Source: Paramoeba atlantica
Taxonomy: Eukaryota; Protista; Discosea
Reading direction: 5' to 3'
DNA: 64,000 bases
Assembly: GCA_977017575.1 (NCBI GenBank)
Contig: CDRNVI010000090.1
Location: 1 to 64,000 of the forward strand
Shown here: in pieces, positions 62,917-64,000 of the stretch
Layout of the letters: every line of letters starts with the position of its first letter
How positions within the stretch are numbered: position 1 is the first letter of the stretch
The notes under the pieces: model-generated
What the model was told of the DNA's origin: nothing
What the model saw: only the letters and a program-made list of their open reading frames with translations
Database searches by the model: none
Program-made: the position numbers and the translations under genes

Positions 62917-64000
62917 ATGGCTGGCAAGCAAAGTAAATCTCTCAAGAAATTTGCTAAGCGGAAGCTGACTGATGTTATTTCCAAACGACGTCGCATACGA
63001 CCGGTTGTCAAGGAAATGCGAACGAAACAAGATAAGAAAGTCGAGCGCGCCAAAGCTAAGCAGGAAGACGAAGAAAAGAAACACATGCAGCAGCTTGATG
63101 AGTTGAAGGAGGAGGATCAAGAGTTCGCCGATTTCCTTAAAATGGAAGATCCGGGACTTCTCGAGTTTGGGGATGATGGATTGGGTGCAGAAGAGACTTT
63201 CTCAGATGATGATCTGAACGAGTTACACAAGGACGAGGAGCATATCGACGAACTGACCACAAAGTGGAGCCCTGCACGTATTGCGGAGATAATATCCAAC
63301 TCCTTGGGCGTATCCCTTGACGAAACCCCCACCGGCACGGTGAAGACCCCCACTCAGACATCACTCCGAAGGGCCTCGCAAGCGTTTCATCAAATTGTAC
63401 TTTTGCTCAGCTCTGAATCCGTGACGGACGCCGCCGATGTTGTTTCTCTCGTGAAGGCACTCAAATTTACTGCCGAGAATTTCTGTCAAGCATGTAATCA
63501 AGTTTTAGGGAGAACGAACTCAGGTGGGCTTCCTAAATCGTACTCCAACTACCCATCTCTTGCCCCTGCCATTCGCTCCTTTATAACGAATTGTGCAGCA
63601 ATCGTTTCCTCCGATGCGTTTGACACGGACATTGCCTCGACAGTGGTTCACTGCCTGGGCGACACCGGTGTGGAGTACGTGGGCATTTTTCCGAAGCCAA
63701 TGAAAAAGATTCTAAGAGCGGCATTGAAACTATCAACCCACCTGACCAGCAGCTTTACACGGGAATCAGCTCGATTGTTTCTACATTCGTGCGCGCGTCG
63801 GCTTGGAGCTTCTCTGCGCGAGAGTATATTTAAAGGCATGTTTTTGGCTGTCGTGGCGGTGGCACCTTCGTATGCCGAGGACACGGCTCCTGCCATTGCG
63901 GACATGATTGAAGGCCTCTCGGTTGCGTATGGAATCGATCTAGGCATGGCGTATGCGACGCTTTTTGTGTACGTCCGTCAGCTTGCTTTATATCTCCGTG
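62917..64000 (+). CDS. NOC2: Nucleolar complex protein 2, partial (runs off the window; absent from the ORF track)
   Basis: Translated by hand with no stop to the window end: MAGKQSKSLKKF, HMQQLDELKEEDQEFADFLKMEDPGLLEF, AYATLFVYVRQLALYLR. Confidence 0.88.
   Translation, partial: MAGKQSKSLKKFAKRKLTDVISKRRRIRPVVKEMRTKQDKKVERAKAKQEDEEKKHMQQLDELKEEDQEFADFLKMEDPGLLEFGDDGLGAEETFSDDDLNELHKDEEHIDELTTKWSPARIAEIISNSLGVSLDETPTGTVKTPTQTSLRRASQAFHQIVLLLSSESVTDAADVVSLVKALKFTAENFCQACNQVLGRTNSGGLPKSYSNYPSLAPAIRSFITNCAAIVSSDAFDTDIASTVVHCLGDTGVEYVGIFPKPMKKILRAALKLSTHLTSSFTRESARLFLHSCARRLGASLRESIFKGMFLAVVAVAPSYAEDTAPAIADMIEGLSVAYGIDLGMAYATLFVYVRQLALYLR

Noticed and set aside
1-64000. tRNA, rRNA, spliced-leader RNA or snRNA genes
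   Set aside because: No T-loop/D-loop consensus, rRNA signature or SL exon (ACAGTTTCTGTAC-like) was seen by eye; tRNAscan/Infernal would be needed to exclude divergent ones.

Overview
Eukaryotic, intron-less, gene-dense window. Almost all genes lie on the + strand, as in a kinetoplastid polycistronic cluster. Kinetoplastid-type pyruvate kinase, COX VIII and mL43, plus a plant-like LRR protein, point to a kinetoplastid, possibly Perkinsela-like (inference). About 35 CDSs are supportable, including mL43, SLBP, BCKDH-E2, OGDH-E2, an XRN-family nuclease, Wee1, a DEDDh nuclease, a small Tim, ERD2, an exosome RNase-PH subunit, a TBCE-like protein, pyruvate kinase, an Arp, MTG1, an Sm protein and partial NOC2. 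The intergenic space holds an unexpectedly rich set of transposons. These include a Merlin element with TIRs and a 9-bp TSD, a hAT element with a perfect 8-bp TSD and two nested TA-flanked MITEs, Tc1 DD34E remnants, further MITEs, an unclassified ATTGCGG-terminated TIR family (4 copies) and a non-LTR RLE fragment. The most unusual sequence-level signal is a recurrent C-rich to G-rich strand-composition flip inside about 8 genes, always in that direction and spilling into the UTRs. All protein family calls come from motif recognition by eye; no database searches were run. Starts are given at the first plausible ATG rather than at the TTG/GTG starts of the ORF track.
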